Origin: Eledone cirrhosa
Taxonomy: Eukaryota
Assembly: GCA_964016885.1 (NCBI GenBank)
Contig: OZ024762.1
Coordinates: 28,334,001 to 28,398,000, forward strand
DNA length: 64,000 bases
Direction: 5' to 3'
Made by a program: the position numbers and the translations under genes. Below, piece by piece: positions 1-9,770 of the stretch (the stretch's first letter is position 1; each line of letters begins with the position of its first letter). The notes below the pieces were generated by a model. The model did no database searches. It saw only the letters and a list, made by a program, of their open reading frames with translations, and was not told where the DNA came from.

Positions 1-453
1 AATAGACGGAACCGCGACAGAAATTGCAACTGCCGCGACAGAGGACGCTGCCCCCTTAGAGGATACTGCTTGACTGATAGGGTTATATATAGATGCACTA
101 TTACTAGCCACAATAGCGTTAAACATTATATAGGGGCCACCTCCGGCCCGTTCAAAATTAGGTTTCGAACACATCTCCACTCTTTCACAAATAGAAAACT
201 AAGGCACTCCACTTCGCTCGCGGACTACATCACATCACTAAAGGACTTAAACATCAGCTTCTCCACGCACTGGGAGATTGTCGGCAGGGCTGCACCGTAC
301 AACTTCAAGAGGAAATGCGATCTTTGCCTCATGGAGCTCTACCACATCATAACTGCACCCCACGAGCTCATCAACAGCAGAGCTGAAACAGCGATAAGTT
401 GTACACATCGCTTAAAAATATCCTTCTTTAGATGGGTTAAGAATGAAGAGTGA
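1..453 (+). CDS. C-terminal GIY-YIG endonuclease of a PLE polyprotein (partial, open from base 1)
   Basis: Frame 1 reads CNCRDRGRCPLRGYC..VIYRCTI..HYIGATSGPFKIRFRTHLHSF..CDLC..E..SCTH; homologous to the C-terminus of 14403-16829. Confidence 0.9.
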   Translation, partial: NRRNRDRNCNCRDRGRCPLRGYCLTDRVIYRCTITSHNSVKHYIGATSGPFKIRFRTHLHSFTNRKLRHSTSLADYITSLKDLNISFSTHWEIVGRAAPYNFKRKCDLCLMELYHIITAPHELINSRAETAISCTHRLKISFFRWVKNEE

Positions 454-750
454 AATAGTACACTGGATCTCCCTGCAACAAGTCTTAACACCCCGGCGGG
501 CAGGCGCAGCAAAATAACACCCAGAAAATAATCCTTGCATACCAGACCCAGCCTGAGACAAACGGATGCGGCAAAAAAACCCAAAAAAAAACCAAATTTA
601 TCCGGGAAAGACTGCCCTAACACCGGCCAGAGTTACCTCCCTTGACCTGCTGCAAAATCAAAACAAGATATTTTTGCGAGCAATGAATCTTGATGTAGAT
701 TTAACCCCCAAAACTCTTTCCGAACTATATAAGGAACACTTGTGATTATT

Positions 751-795
751 TATGCCCTTGAGAAGGACAACTGGGCGAAACGTACGTAGGTTATA
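751..795 (+). ncRNA. Degenerate minimal type I hammerhead-like motif (U3-A8 core variant)
   Basis: TATGCCC-TTGAGAA-GGACAACTGGGC-GAAA-CGTACG-TA-GGTTATA: stem I 6/7 paired, palindromic stem III, GUA site; stem II poorly paired. Confidence 0.6.
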
Positions 796-1006
796 TTTTA
801 AATAAACATATTTTAACGGTCTATTCTCCGATTTTTTACTTTCCCACGTGCTTACGCTCTGCTAACTCTCTAGCCCACTAAATATTAACACTTCGAATAT
901 TTAATACTGCCGGCACTAGTATCGAGCACCTTTGGCATACGCTACTTGGCAAATAACTATATGTATCACCTATCCCTCCTTTTTCTCTCTTTCTCGATAC
1001 GTAAAT

Positions 1007-1018
1007 ACTATATATATG

Positions 1019-1108
<90 letters not shown>

Positions 1109-1230
1109 CATATATATGTATATATATATATATGTATATATATATATTTATATGTATATATATATATGTATATATATATATATGTATATATGTTTATATA
1201 TATATGTATATATATATATACATATATATG

Positions 1231-1318
<88 letters not shown>

Positions 1319-1336
1319 TATGTATATATATATGTA

Positions 1337-1410
<74 letters not shown>
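1007..1410. repeat. (TA)n microsatellite between the 3' ends of two PLEs
   Basis: Direct reading. Confidence 0.97.
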
Positions 1411-2210
1411 TAAAAAAATAATGAATAAAACAATGAAACAGTTCCTTATATTAAACAAAAAAAGTTCATTATTTAACGATCGTTTCTGGGATATATATGT
1501 GTTAGAATTGGCATGTATATTTAACAGATCTATGTACAAAATTATACAAAATTATACAAACTATCAAAATTAAATATACATACCAACTCATATATATGCC
1601 GTCTTCAGAAATAATGAAATATATTTATTGATAATAACAACAATTCAAAATTACAGGTCTGTTTGGGATCAGAGTTCAAATTGACCAATGGAAACACAAA
1701 AAGTTTATACAGTTAGGTGTGTGTATATATGTAAGTAACTTCGTTCACAGATATGCATAAAAATATATGTTCACATGCATACGCATGCCGAAAAGATGTA
1801 TGTAAATACAAAAATTCAGGGCTAATGTCTCTGTATGTTTATAATCTACAGATAAAATACATATACGCATATAAACATATAAATATAAAAATAAATATAT
1901 ACACATTCATATACTCACACATATACATACATTCACACACACACGCGCATATACGCATAAACATACACTAAACCACGAACATACATACACACACACACTC
2001 ACACACACATATATGTGTATATACTATTATCATAAGCATATGGACATTAATGCGCGCACATAAACACTGCCACACATATTTAGATCCAGATACAGAAAGT
2101 AGGTGGGGGGGGGGAGAGGTCAGTATTTACTGGTGTCAGCAAACTGCCTATTTATAAATGTATCTATAAATTTAGAAATAAAAAGAAGAAGAAAAAAGAA
2201 AAATATTAAG

Positions 2211-2247
<37 letters not shown>

Positions 2248-2271
2248 AAGTAAAATATAAAATATACATCG

Positions 2272-2325
<54 letters not shown>

Positions 2326-2466
2326 TCATATACATACACATAAACACATACATACACATACATATACATACACACACCATATATATACACATACACATAC
2401 ACACACGCGCATACATATAGAGACACATACATATACACATATAAATACATAGACATATACATATAT

Positions 2467-2520
<54 letters not shown>

Positions 2521-2581
2521 ATAAATACACTCATGTATATACACATATACACATACATACCCACACACATATATATATATA
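1411..2581 (-). mobile_element. Distal 3' UTR of the inverted (left) arm of PLE family B, separated from 11266-14398 by the RTE insertion
   Basis: ~1940-2580 is the reverse complement of ~19085-19808 (e.g. GGTCAGTATTTACTGGTGTCAGCAAACTGCC); 1411-1940 continues it and holds an HHR. Confidence 0.85.
1465..1618 (-). ncRNA. Type I hammerhead ribozyme with ~115-nt extended stem II
   Basis: Minus strand: TTCATTATTT-CTGAAGA-[stem II with 9-bp and 19-bp helices]-GAAA-CGATCG-TT-AAATAATGAA; perfect 10-bp stem I, palindromic stem III, GUU site. Confidence 0.85.
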
Positions 2582-2643
2582 TGATGGCTGCCCCCTCGTT
2601 ATCGAGTATGGCCATTGCACAATAAAAAAAAAAAAAAAAAAAA

Positions 2644-2692
<49 letters not shown>

Positions 2693-2694
<2 letters not shown>

Positions 2695-5600
2695 GTAACC
2701 CCAAGGAGAGGGGCTACAGGAGACGGATGCATAACATCTGGAACGAGATTGGTTTATTTAAATTAGATGAACAAAAATTGGCCGGGCAGGCTCGGGTAAT
2801 AAGAACTAATGGGTGGATAAGCGAGCTGGAACTGGAGGAACTGAGCAGAGAGAATGGCTTGGAGATGGCGGGTGTAGTATGCCAGACAAGCGAGCCGGCG
2901 GGAAATGAAGGTGAGGAGGTCCTGAGAGCGGAGGAACCACCCGAAGCAGACAATGATCTGAATACTGAGATAAATAATACCTGGAACAGAGATACGGCCA
3001 CTGAGGAGATGAATGCTGACGGGCTAGGACAAGATTCGGTTGACATCCTAAATTTAGTGGTAGATGAGTTGAACAATGATAGTGGGAGACCTATGAACCT
3101 AAGATTTGTAGACAGGAAAAAATTAAAAGAAACAACAGCTAAGGTAAACAAAGTCATCCCATACCTTGAGGCGAGGAGTCTTCACCAGTGCAACAATATC
3201 CTCAAAGCAACAGCAAATACGGTGAGGAAACTACTTGGTATAAAAGCGAGAGGAAACAACAGACAAGAAAGAGCAGAGCCGTGGTGGAAGAAGCGACTGA
3301 GTGGGCAAATCGGGGAAATGAGAAATGACATAGGAAAGCTTGAGTCACTACTGAATGGGACACTAAAAAACATAGGCACTAAAAATAGACTGGAAATAAA
3401 ATACAAAACTAGGAGTAAAAAGCTAAATATTATCATAGAGGAATTGAAGCAACGCATTGTAGCAAAGAGTGCCAAAATCAGGCGATACGAGAACAGAGTC
3501 AGTCAGTATAAACAGAACCGCATGTTCGACAACAACCAGAAGATGCTGTTTGGACAGCTTGAGGGGAAAGAAAGAGGCACCGACTTGATCCCTGGGGCGG
3601 AACAAGCTAAAACATTCTGGAGAGGAATATGGGAGCAGGATGTTAGACACAATGCCCAGGCAGGGTGGATTGAGACAGTACAGAGGGAGATCGGTGAGCA
3701 GGCACAGCAACAGACTGATTTGAGTATCACAGTTGAAACTCTTAAGGGGCAAGCCAAAAAACTAACCAACTGGAAATCACCAGGCCCAGATGGTGTGCAG
3801 GGGTATTGGATTAAACATTTAACATCCCTCCACCCGAAGCTGACGGCCATGTTCAATGACTGCTTGGTGTCGGGTGAGGTGCCAGAGTGGTTGACAAAAG
3901 GTACCACAGTTCTGATAATGAAAGACCGAATCAAGGGTAATGATGTTACCAACTATAGACCTATCACATGTCTGCCCGTAATGTGGAAACTGTTGACGAG
4001 CATTGTGTCTGAGGAAATCTACCATCACCTCCACACAAACAACTTGTTGCCGGACGAACAGAAAGGATGCCGAAAGAAGTCACGTGGTACAAAGGACCAG
4101 TTGCTTATTGATAAGATGGTAATGGGGAATTGCAGGAGGAGACACACTGATCTTGCCATGGGATGGATAGACTACAGAAAGGCATTTGACATGGTGCCTC
4201 ATTCCTGGATCACCAAAAGCCTGGAGATCTTCAGGGTGGCAGATAACATCAGAGAGTTGCTGGGCAGGAGTATGGGGTCCTGGGAGACAGAGTTGACATC
4301 AACTGGAGTATCCTTGGGAAGCGTGAAGATCAAGAGAGGTATCTTCCAGGGAGATAGCCTGTCCCCTCTGTTGTTTGTCCTTGCCCTGATGCCCTTGACC
4401 ATTATGCTGCGAAAAGTGAGAGCAGGATACAAGTTGGGAAGGGGAGAGCTTACCATCAATCACCTCCTCTTCATGGACGATCTTAAGCTCTTCGGGAAAA
4501 GTGAGAAGGAGTTGGATGTGCTTGTTGACACTGTCCGTATTTTCAGCAGTGATATATGTATGCAGTTTGGTATTGGTAAATGTGGAGTCATTGTGATGAG
4601 GAGGGGTAGGTTGAGCAGAAGTAACGGGATCCAGATACCAACAGGTGAGATGATAAAGGAAATTGACTCTGAGGAAGGATACAAGTATTTGGGCGTTCTG
4701 GAGGCTGATGGCATAAAGAACAAAAAAATGAAGGAATTGTTAAGAACTGAATACATTCGGAGAGTAAGGAGCGTATTGAAGTCACATCTGAACAGCAGAA
4801 ATGCCATAAGCGCAGTAAATTCCCGAGCTGTGTCTATTATTAGGTACAGTGCGGGAATTCTGAGATGGAATGTTGCTGAACAAAAAGAAATGGATAGGAA
4901 GACTAGGAAGCTATTGACTATCTACAACATGTTCCACAAGAGGAGTGATGTCGATAGACTCTACCTAAGGAGATCTGAGGGTGGAAGAGGTCTTATCAGC
5001 ATAGAGGACTGTGTTCAGATGGAGAAAAACAACCTATACAAATACGTGACCTATAGTAAGGAGCCAATGCTCAGAGCTGTACTGAAGGAGGGGAGAGTAG
5101 GCCAGGGGATACCCAAGGAGGAAATAACATCAAGGAGGAAGAGCAGCCTTAAGGGAAAATCCCTTCATAGTACCTTCTTTGAGAAAACTGAATTTAGAGA
5201 TCCACAGACATGGAACTGGTTGAGAAGAGGAGACCTCAAAAAGGCTACAGAAGGAATGCTAATGGCTGCGCAGGAGCAGGCCCTCAAAACGAAGTGGTTG
5301 AAGCACCATATCTACAAGGAGGAGGCTAGCCCACTGTGCAGGATCTGTGGAGAGAGAGAGGAGACTGTGGCTCACATTGTGTCCGAGTGTAAACACCTAG
5401 CCCAGACCCACTATAAGGGCTGGAGACACGATGTGATGGGCAGGGTGATCCACTGGCACCTGTGCAAAGTAAACAATCTACCACATTCTGAGAAATGGTA
5501 TGAGCATAGGCCAGAGGCGGTGATGGAGAACAGTCAGGTGAAGGTGCTGTGGGATTTTAGGATACAGACGGACAAAAAACTGGAACACAATAGACCTGAC

Positions 5601-5983
5601 CTGGTGGTTGTGGACAAAGAAAAAAGATCGTGCCTGATTGTGGATGTGGCCTGCCCGTTCGACACGAGAGTGCAAGAGAAGGAGAGGGAGAAAATTAACC
5701 GATACCAGGACCTAAAGTGGGAGGTGAAAAGGATTTGGAACTGCCATGAAGTCAAAGTGATCCCGATTGTCATAGGCGCACTGGGGACTATCTCCAAAGG
5801 TTTCCAGGGATGGTTAAAGAAAATCGGCCCCTTCACGCTTTTTGGAACGCTTCAAAAGGCATGCTTGCTTGGAACGGCAAGAACCCTCCGATACGTCCTG
5901 AATATCTGAGGCTGCAGGTAGTGGCTTGATATTCAATCCAACGGACTTTCCAGTTAACCAACATCAATGACTGAGATTCAAGG
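2693..5983 (+). mobile_element. Dong/R4-clade non-LTR retrotransposon, slightly 5'-truncated, inserted in (TAA)n
   Basis: RT + RLE ORF, short 3' UTR, (AAT)n on both sides (2646-2692 and 5984-6050). Confidence 0.9.
2727..5909 (+). CDS. R4/Dong polyprotein: reverse transcriptase, CCHC knuckle, restriction-like endonuclease
   Basis: WIDYRKAFD, GIFQGD, LFMDD; CRICGEREETVAHIVSEC; RHD; RPDLVVVD..IVDVACP..EK..RY. The frame is open upstream to 2694 (SNPKERGYRRRM), so the true start is probably lost. Confidence 0.95.
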   Translation: MHNIWNEIGLFKLDEQKLAGQARVIRTNGWISELELEELSRENGLEMAGVVCQTSEPAGNEGEEVLRAEEPPEADNDLNTEINNTWNRDTATEEMNADGLGQDSVDILNLVVDELNNDSGRPMNLRFVDRKKLKETTAKVNKVIPYLEARSLHQCNNILKATANTVRKLLGIKARGNNRQERAEPWWKKRLSGQIGEMRNDIGKLESLLNGTLKNIGTKNRLEIKYKTRSKKLNIIIEELKQRIVAKSAKIRRYENRVSQYKQNRMFDNNQKMLFGQLEGKERGTDLIPGAEQAKTFWRGIWEQDVRHNAQAGWIETVQREIGEQAQQQTDLSITVETLKGQAKKLTNWKSPGPDGVQGYWIKHLTSLHPKLTAMFNDCLVSGEVPEWLTKGTTVLIMKDRIKGNDVTNYRPITCLPVMWKLLTSIVSEEIYHHLHTNNLLPDEQKGCRKKSRGTKDQLLIDKMVMGNCRRRHTDLAMGWIDYRKAFDMVPHSWITKSLEIFRVADNIRELLGRSMGSWETELTSTGVSLGSVKIKRGIFQGDSLSPLLFVLALMPLTIMLRKVRAGYKLGRGELTINHLLFMDDLKLFGKSEKELDVLVDTVRIFSSDICMQFGIGKCGVIVMRRGRLSRSNGIQIPTGEMIKEIDSEEGYKYLGVLEADGIKNKKMKELLRTEYIRRVRSVLKSHLNSRNAISAVNSRAVSIIRYSAGILRWNVAEQKEMDRKTRKLLTIYNMFHKRSDVDRLYLRRSEGGRGLISIEDCVQMEKNNLYKYVTYSKEPMLRAVLKEGRVGQGIPKEEITSRRKSSLKGKSLHSTFFEKTEFRDPQTWNWLRRGDLKKATEGMLMAAQEQALKTKWLKHHIYKEEASPLCRICGEREETVAHIVSECKHLAQTHYKGWRHDVMGRVIHWHLCKVNNLPHSEKWYEHRPEAVMENSQVKVLWDFRIQTDKKLEHNRPDLVVVDKEKRSCLIVDVACPFDTRVQEKEREKINRYQDLKWEVKRIWNCHEVKVIPIVIGALGTISKGFQGWLKKIGPFTLFGTLQKACLLGTARTLRYVLNI

Positions 5984-6096
5984 AATAACAATAACAATAA
6001 TAATAATAATAATAATAGCAATAATAATAATAACGACAACAACAATAATAATATACATATTCATATATATATACACACACACGCACGCACATAAGC

Positions 6097-6136
<40 letters not shown>

Positions 6137-6144
6137 GATAGCAA

Positions 6145-9100
6145 CTAACAGTGCTGCGATCGAATGTGGCTTTTTAGCCCAGCCAATGATCCAAAATGTC
6201 TTGCACAGAGTCGGCAACCAAAACATTTACTGGGAATAGTCGGCTGTGGTTGGAGTTCGTGTACTTTTGCATGTCGCTTGAGTCCTCCTGCTGATTTACA
6301 TTCTCTACCACATGTTTGGCAAGCATGATGAGTAGCATCTCCAACAGCAGCCTGGTAGTCAACCACTGGTCTTACTTTATGACTGCGAAGATGACTTTCG
6401 AGTCCAGCTTTGCTTAGGCAGAGTCTCGCACAGACGCTGCATGTCAGAAACATAGGAGGACCCTCGCCGTCTGGAAGTGCAACAGCAATACCCTTCCTCA
6501 CGTCCCGCTTTACTTTCTCGTGTGCGATTCGAGATGCCTCAAAGGCAACTTTTCCCTCATATACAGTCTTTCTCCATTTATTACGATCAGCAGCAATATT
6601 TTCCCATGTATCAGCAGAGATGTTAGCGTCTCTCAGAGAGGCCTTCAAGGAATCCTTATACCTCTTTTTTGGTTTATGTGGCGGTCGTTTTCCTTTAACC
6701 AACTCTCCATAGAAGAGTTGTTTTGGTATTCTAGAATCCTTCATCCTGGCAAGGTGACCACTCCGACGGAGTCGCTGCTTAAGCACAAGAGCTTCTATAC
6801 TGTCACACATAGAGCTTTCCAAAATCTCGACATCACTGATGTGGTCCCTCCAGCGAACGCCATGTATCCGTCTGAGACACATCTGATGGAAACGCTCCAA
6901 TTGCTTAAGGTGGCGTCGATATGTGACCCAGGTCTCGCAGGCATAAAGAAGACAAGAGAGTACACATGCCCTGTACACCTTTACCTTTGTCCTCCTGCAT
7001 ATGTCTCGCCGACCCCAGAGTCGCCTTTCTAGCTTTCCGAAAGCATCACTTGCTTTCCTAATCCTAAGTGAGATTTCACTGTCAAGGTTGCCGTATCGAT
7101 TGACAGTGCTTCCCAGGTAGACAAACTGATCAACCACTCCAAGTCGTTTGCCATACACATAGATGTTTGGTTCAGTGTACTGCCTACCAGGTGCAGGTTG
7201 GTACATGACGACGGTTTTCTTGAGACTGACAGTCAAACCCAGGGCAGTGCAAGCGTCAGAAAATACATTCAAAATGTGCTGCATATCACTCTCTGTGTGC
7301 GCTACAAGATCGCAATCATCTGCATACAAGAGGTCTCTTATGACTGATGTAAATACTTTTGTCTTCGCAGCAAAGCGCCTGATGTTAAATATGCTGCCTG
7401 AGGTTCGATATCGGATGTAAACACCATGCTCGCAATTCCTGAATGCAATACAGAAAACCATTGCAAAGTATATGGCAAACAGGGTCGGTGCTGGAATATC
7501 CCCCTGTTTCACTCCATTTTTTACTGAGATAGGCTCCGACATGTTACCTCCGACATTAACCCAAGCCTTCATGTCGTCATGGAAAGACCTAACTAAAGCA
7601 AGGAACTTATCAGGGCAACCAAGTTTCTGGAGAACCTTCCATAATGCATCTCTGTTGACAGTATCGAAAGCCTTTGTCAGATCGACAAAAACCTGATACA
7701 GATCCAAGCCCTGTTCAATGCACTTCTCCTGGAGCTGTCTAGCTGAGAAGATCATATCAGTAGTGCCGCGTCCAACACGAAAACCAGATTGACTTTCAGG
7801 AAGGACACAATCTGCAATGTGTGTCAGCAGACGGTCCAGAAGCACCCTACATAAAACTTTCCCCACGACAGAAAGCAATGATATACCTCTGTAGTTCCCA
7901 CAATCATTCCTGTTACCCTTTCCCTTGTACAAGACCACCATTACTGCATCTCTCCAGTCCTCAGGCACGGATTCATTAGCCCATATCCTTCCAAACAGAG
8001 AGTGAAGATGTTGCAGGAGTCTCTCACCACCATATTGTAGGAGCTCAGCATGTATGCCATCCATACCTGGAGATCTTCCACTGTTCAGCTTCGAAATAGC
8101 CACTGCAACCTCCACAAGTGTCGGAGGCTCTGCGAGAGCTACTTTCACAGGACTTTCCGGAATGAGATTGAGGAAATCTTCACTGACGACAGACGGCTGA
8201 TTCAAAAGATCATCAAAGTGCTCCCGCCACCTTCGTAGAATTCCCTGTGAGTCACGAAGAAGTTCTTTGCCATCCCTGCTGCGAATCGGTGTCACCAGAG
8301 AAGAAGACGGTCCATAAACCTCACGCAAGAGACTGTACAACAGCTTTGTGTTATTGCAATCAGACGCAGTTTGTATCTCACCAGCCTTCTCACTCCACCA
8401 CTGATCCTTCATCTGAGAAAGACTCCGCCTAACACGTGATTTTACATCCCTGAGCTCCTCATGCAACGTATTCCTCTCCTGTGGTCTTGCCGTCAAGTAG
8501 CGTGACAGAGCGCGCCTCTTATCAGCCAACAAGTCATCTATATGCACATCTTTCTCATTAAACCAGTCCTGATGTTTTCTCTGCACCAATCCCAGAACAC
8601 GTCTGCCTACATCATAAACCGACTTTTTAAGGGTCGGCCAATCCTCACCAAGATCTGCAGCCTGCATCTCTTCTTCCAATGTCCTCTTCACATTTTTATC
8701 CTTAAGACGAGCAGCATTCAATCTTTTGGGCAGGGTAACACCAGGAGCCCGGATTTTACGTTTGGTGATTAGATTCACTTTTGCGCGTACCAGGCGGTGG
8801 TCCGTCCAGCACTCAGCTCCACGAAGAACACGAACACACCGCACATCCTGTCTGTCACGCATCCTGACTAGGACGTAGTCCAAAAGATGCCATTCCTTAG
8901 ATGCAGGATGCATCCATGTGGTCTTGAATTTGTTCTTTTGTTGGAACATGGTGTTGGTAACACACAGATCCAGCTCCTCACACATCTGCAGCAAGAGCAT
9001 ACCATTGCTGTTACACTTTCCCACCCCATGCCTTCCGATTACATTCCATGTGTTAAAATCCCTACCCACTCTAGCATTAAAGTCACCAAGCACGATGACT

Positions 9101-9690
9101 TTGTCTGCCTGAGGGATATTTCTTAAAACACCTTTCAAGGCATGGTAAAAGGACAGTTTTTCTTCATCGACAGAATTCATAGTTGGAGCATACACACTCA
9201 CCAGGGTAGCATATCTTCCCTTGTCCAGCGGAACTCTCATGGACATAAGACGCTCACTAATCCCCACTGGGAATTCTTCCAATTTATTCACCAGTACAGT
9301 CTTAACAGCAAATCCTACCCCAGCCTCTCTTCTGGTTCCTTCATCTCTTCCTTTCCAGAAGAATGTATATTCTCCACAAAATTCCGTAAGATGACCATCC
9401 CCAGCTAACCTCGTCTCAGACAAAGCCACGATGTCAAGATCGTAACGTCGAAGCTCCTTCGCAACAAGAGCGGTCCTTCGTTCAGGACGCTCCAAAGAAT
9501 CCCTGTCAAGCAGCGTCCGTACGTTCCAGCAGCCAAGACTAAATGCCCTGTTTGGCTCTATTACAATGGCACGATGACGGGCGGGCCCAGGTTGTGATAA
9601 CTTGGGGCCCCTGCCCTTATTGCCAATGATCCCTTTTGTTCCAGAACCCAAATTGGCAATTATCTCGTTTACATTGTTCTGGAACATCAT
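6145..9690 (-). CDS. RTE (BovB-like) polyprotein: APE endonuclease + RT + three C-terminal C2H2 fingers
   Basis: GCWNVRTL, ALSETR, GDFNA, TDHRLV; FVDLTKAFD, GVKQG, LYADD; CSVC..H..H, CQTC..H..H, CRLC..H..H. Confidence 0.95.
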   Translation of the reverse strand: MMFQNNVNEIIANLGSGTKGIIGNKGRGPKLSQPGPARHRAIVIEPNRAFSLGCWNVRTLLDRDSLERPERRTALVAKELRRYDLDIVALSETRLAGDGHLTEFCGEYTFFWKGRDEGTRREAGVGFAVKTVLVNKLEEFPVGISERLMSMRVPLDKGRYATLVSVYAPTMNSVDEEKLSFYHALKGVLRNIPQADKVIVLGDFNARVGRDFNTWNVIGRHGVGKCNSNGMLLLQMCEELDLCVTNTMFQQKNKFKTTWMHPASKEWHLLDYVLVRMRDRQDVRCVRVLRGAECWTDHRLVRAKVNLITKRKIRAPGVTLPKRLNAARLKDKNVKRTLEEEMQAADLGEDWPTLKKSVYDVGRRVLGLVQRKHQDWFNEKDVHIDDLLADKRRALSRYLTARPQERNTLHEELRDVKSRVRRSLSQMKDQWWSEKAGEIQTASDCNNTKLLYSLLREVYGPSSSLVTPIRSRDGKELLRDSQGILRRWREHFDDLLNQPSVVSEDFLNLIPESPVKVALAEPPTLVEVAVAISKLNSGRSPGMDGIHAELLQYGGERLLQHLHSLFGRIWANESVPEDWRDAVMVVLYKGKGNRNDCGNYRGISLLSVVGKVLCRVLLDRLLTHIADCVLPESQSGFRVGRGTTDMIFSARQLQEKCIEQGLDLYQVFVDLTKAFDTVNRDALWKVLQKLGCPDKFLALVRSFHDDMKAWVNVGGNMSEPISVKNGVKQGDIPAPTLFAIYFAMVFCIAFRNCEHGVYIRYRTSGSIFNIRRFAAKTKVFTSVIRDLLYADDCDLVAHTESDMQHILNVFSDACTALGLTVSLKKTVVMYQPAPGRQYTEPNIYVYGKRLGVVDQFVYLGSTVNRYGNLDSEISLRIRKASDAFGKLERRLWGRRDICRRTKVKVYRACVLSCLLYACETWVTYRRHLKQLERFHQMCLRRIHGVRWRDHISDVEILESSMCDSIEALVLKQRLRRSGHLARMKDSRIPKQLFYGELVKGKRPPHKPKKRYKDSLKASLRDANISADTWENIAADRNKWRKTVYEGKVAFEASRIAHEKVKRDVRKGIAVALPDGEGPPMFLTCSVCARLCLSKAGLESHLRSHKVRPVVDYQAAVGDATHHACQTCGRECKSAGGLKRHAKVHELQPQPTIPSKCFGCRLCARHFGSLAGLKSHIRSQHC

Positions 9691-9699
9691 TGAATTGGG

Positions 9700-9730
<31 letters not shown>

Positions 9731-9735
9731 TAATA

Positions 9736-9770
<35 letters not shown>

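Larger units (their letters stand above)
1..1006 (+). mobile_element. 3' part of Penelope-like element family A (GIY-YIG end, 3' UTR/pseudo-LTR); 5' part lies outside the window
   Basis: GIY-YIG ORF end, then TATATAAG (~726), an HHR-like motif (751-795) and AATAAA (~801); ends in a (TA)n tract. Confidence 0.85.

Noticed and set aside
2714-9408. Antisense and overlapping short ORFs within the Dong and RTE genes
   Set aside because: Shadows of the long retroelement ORFs
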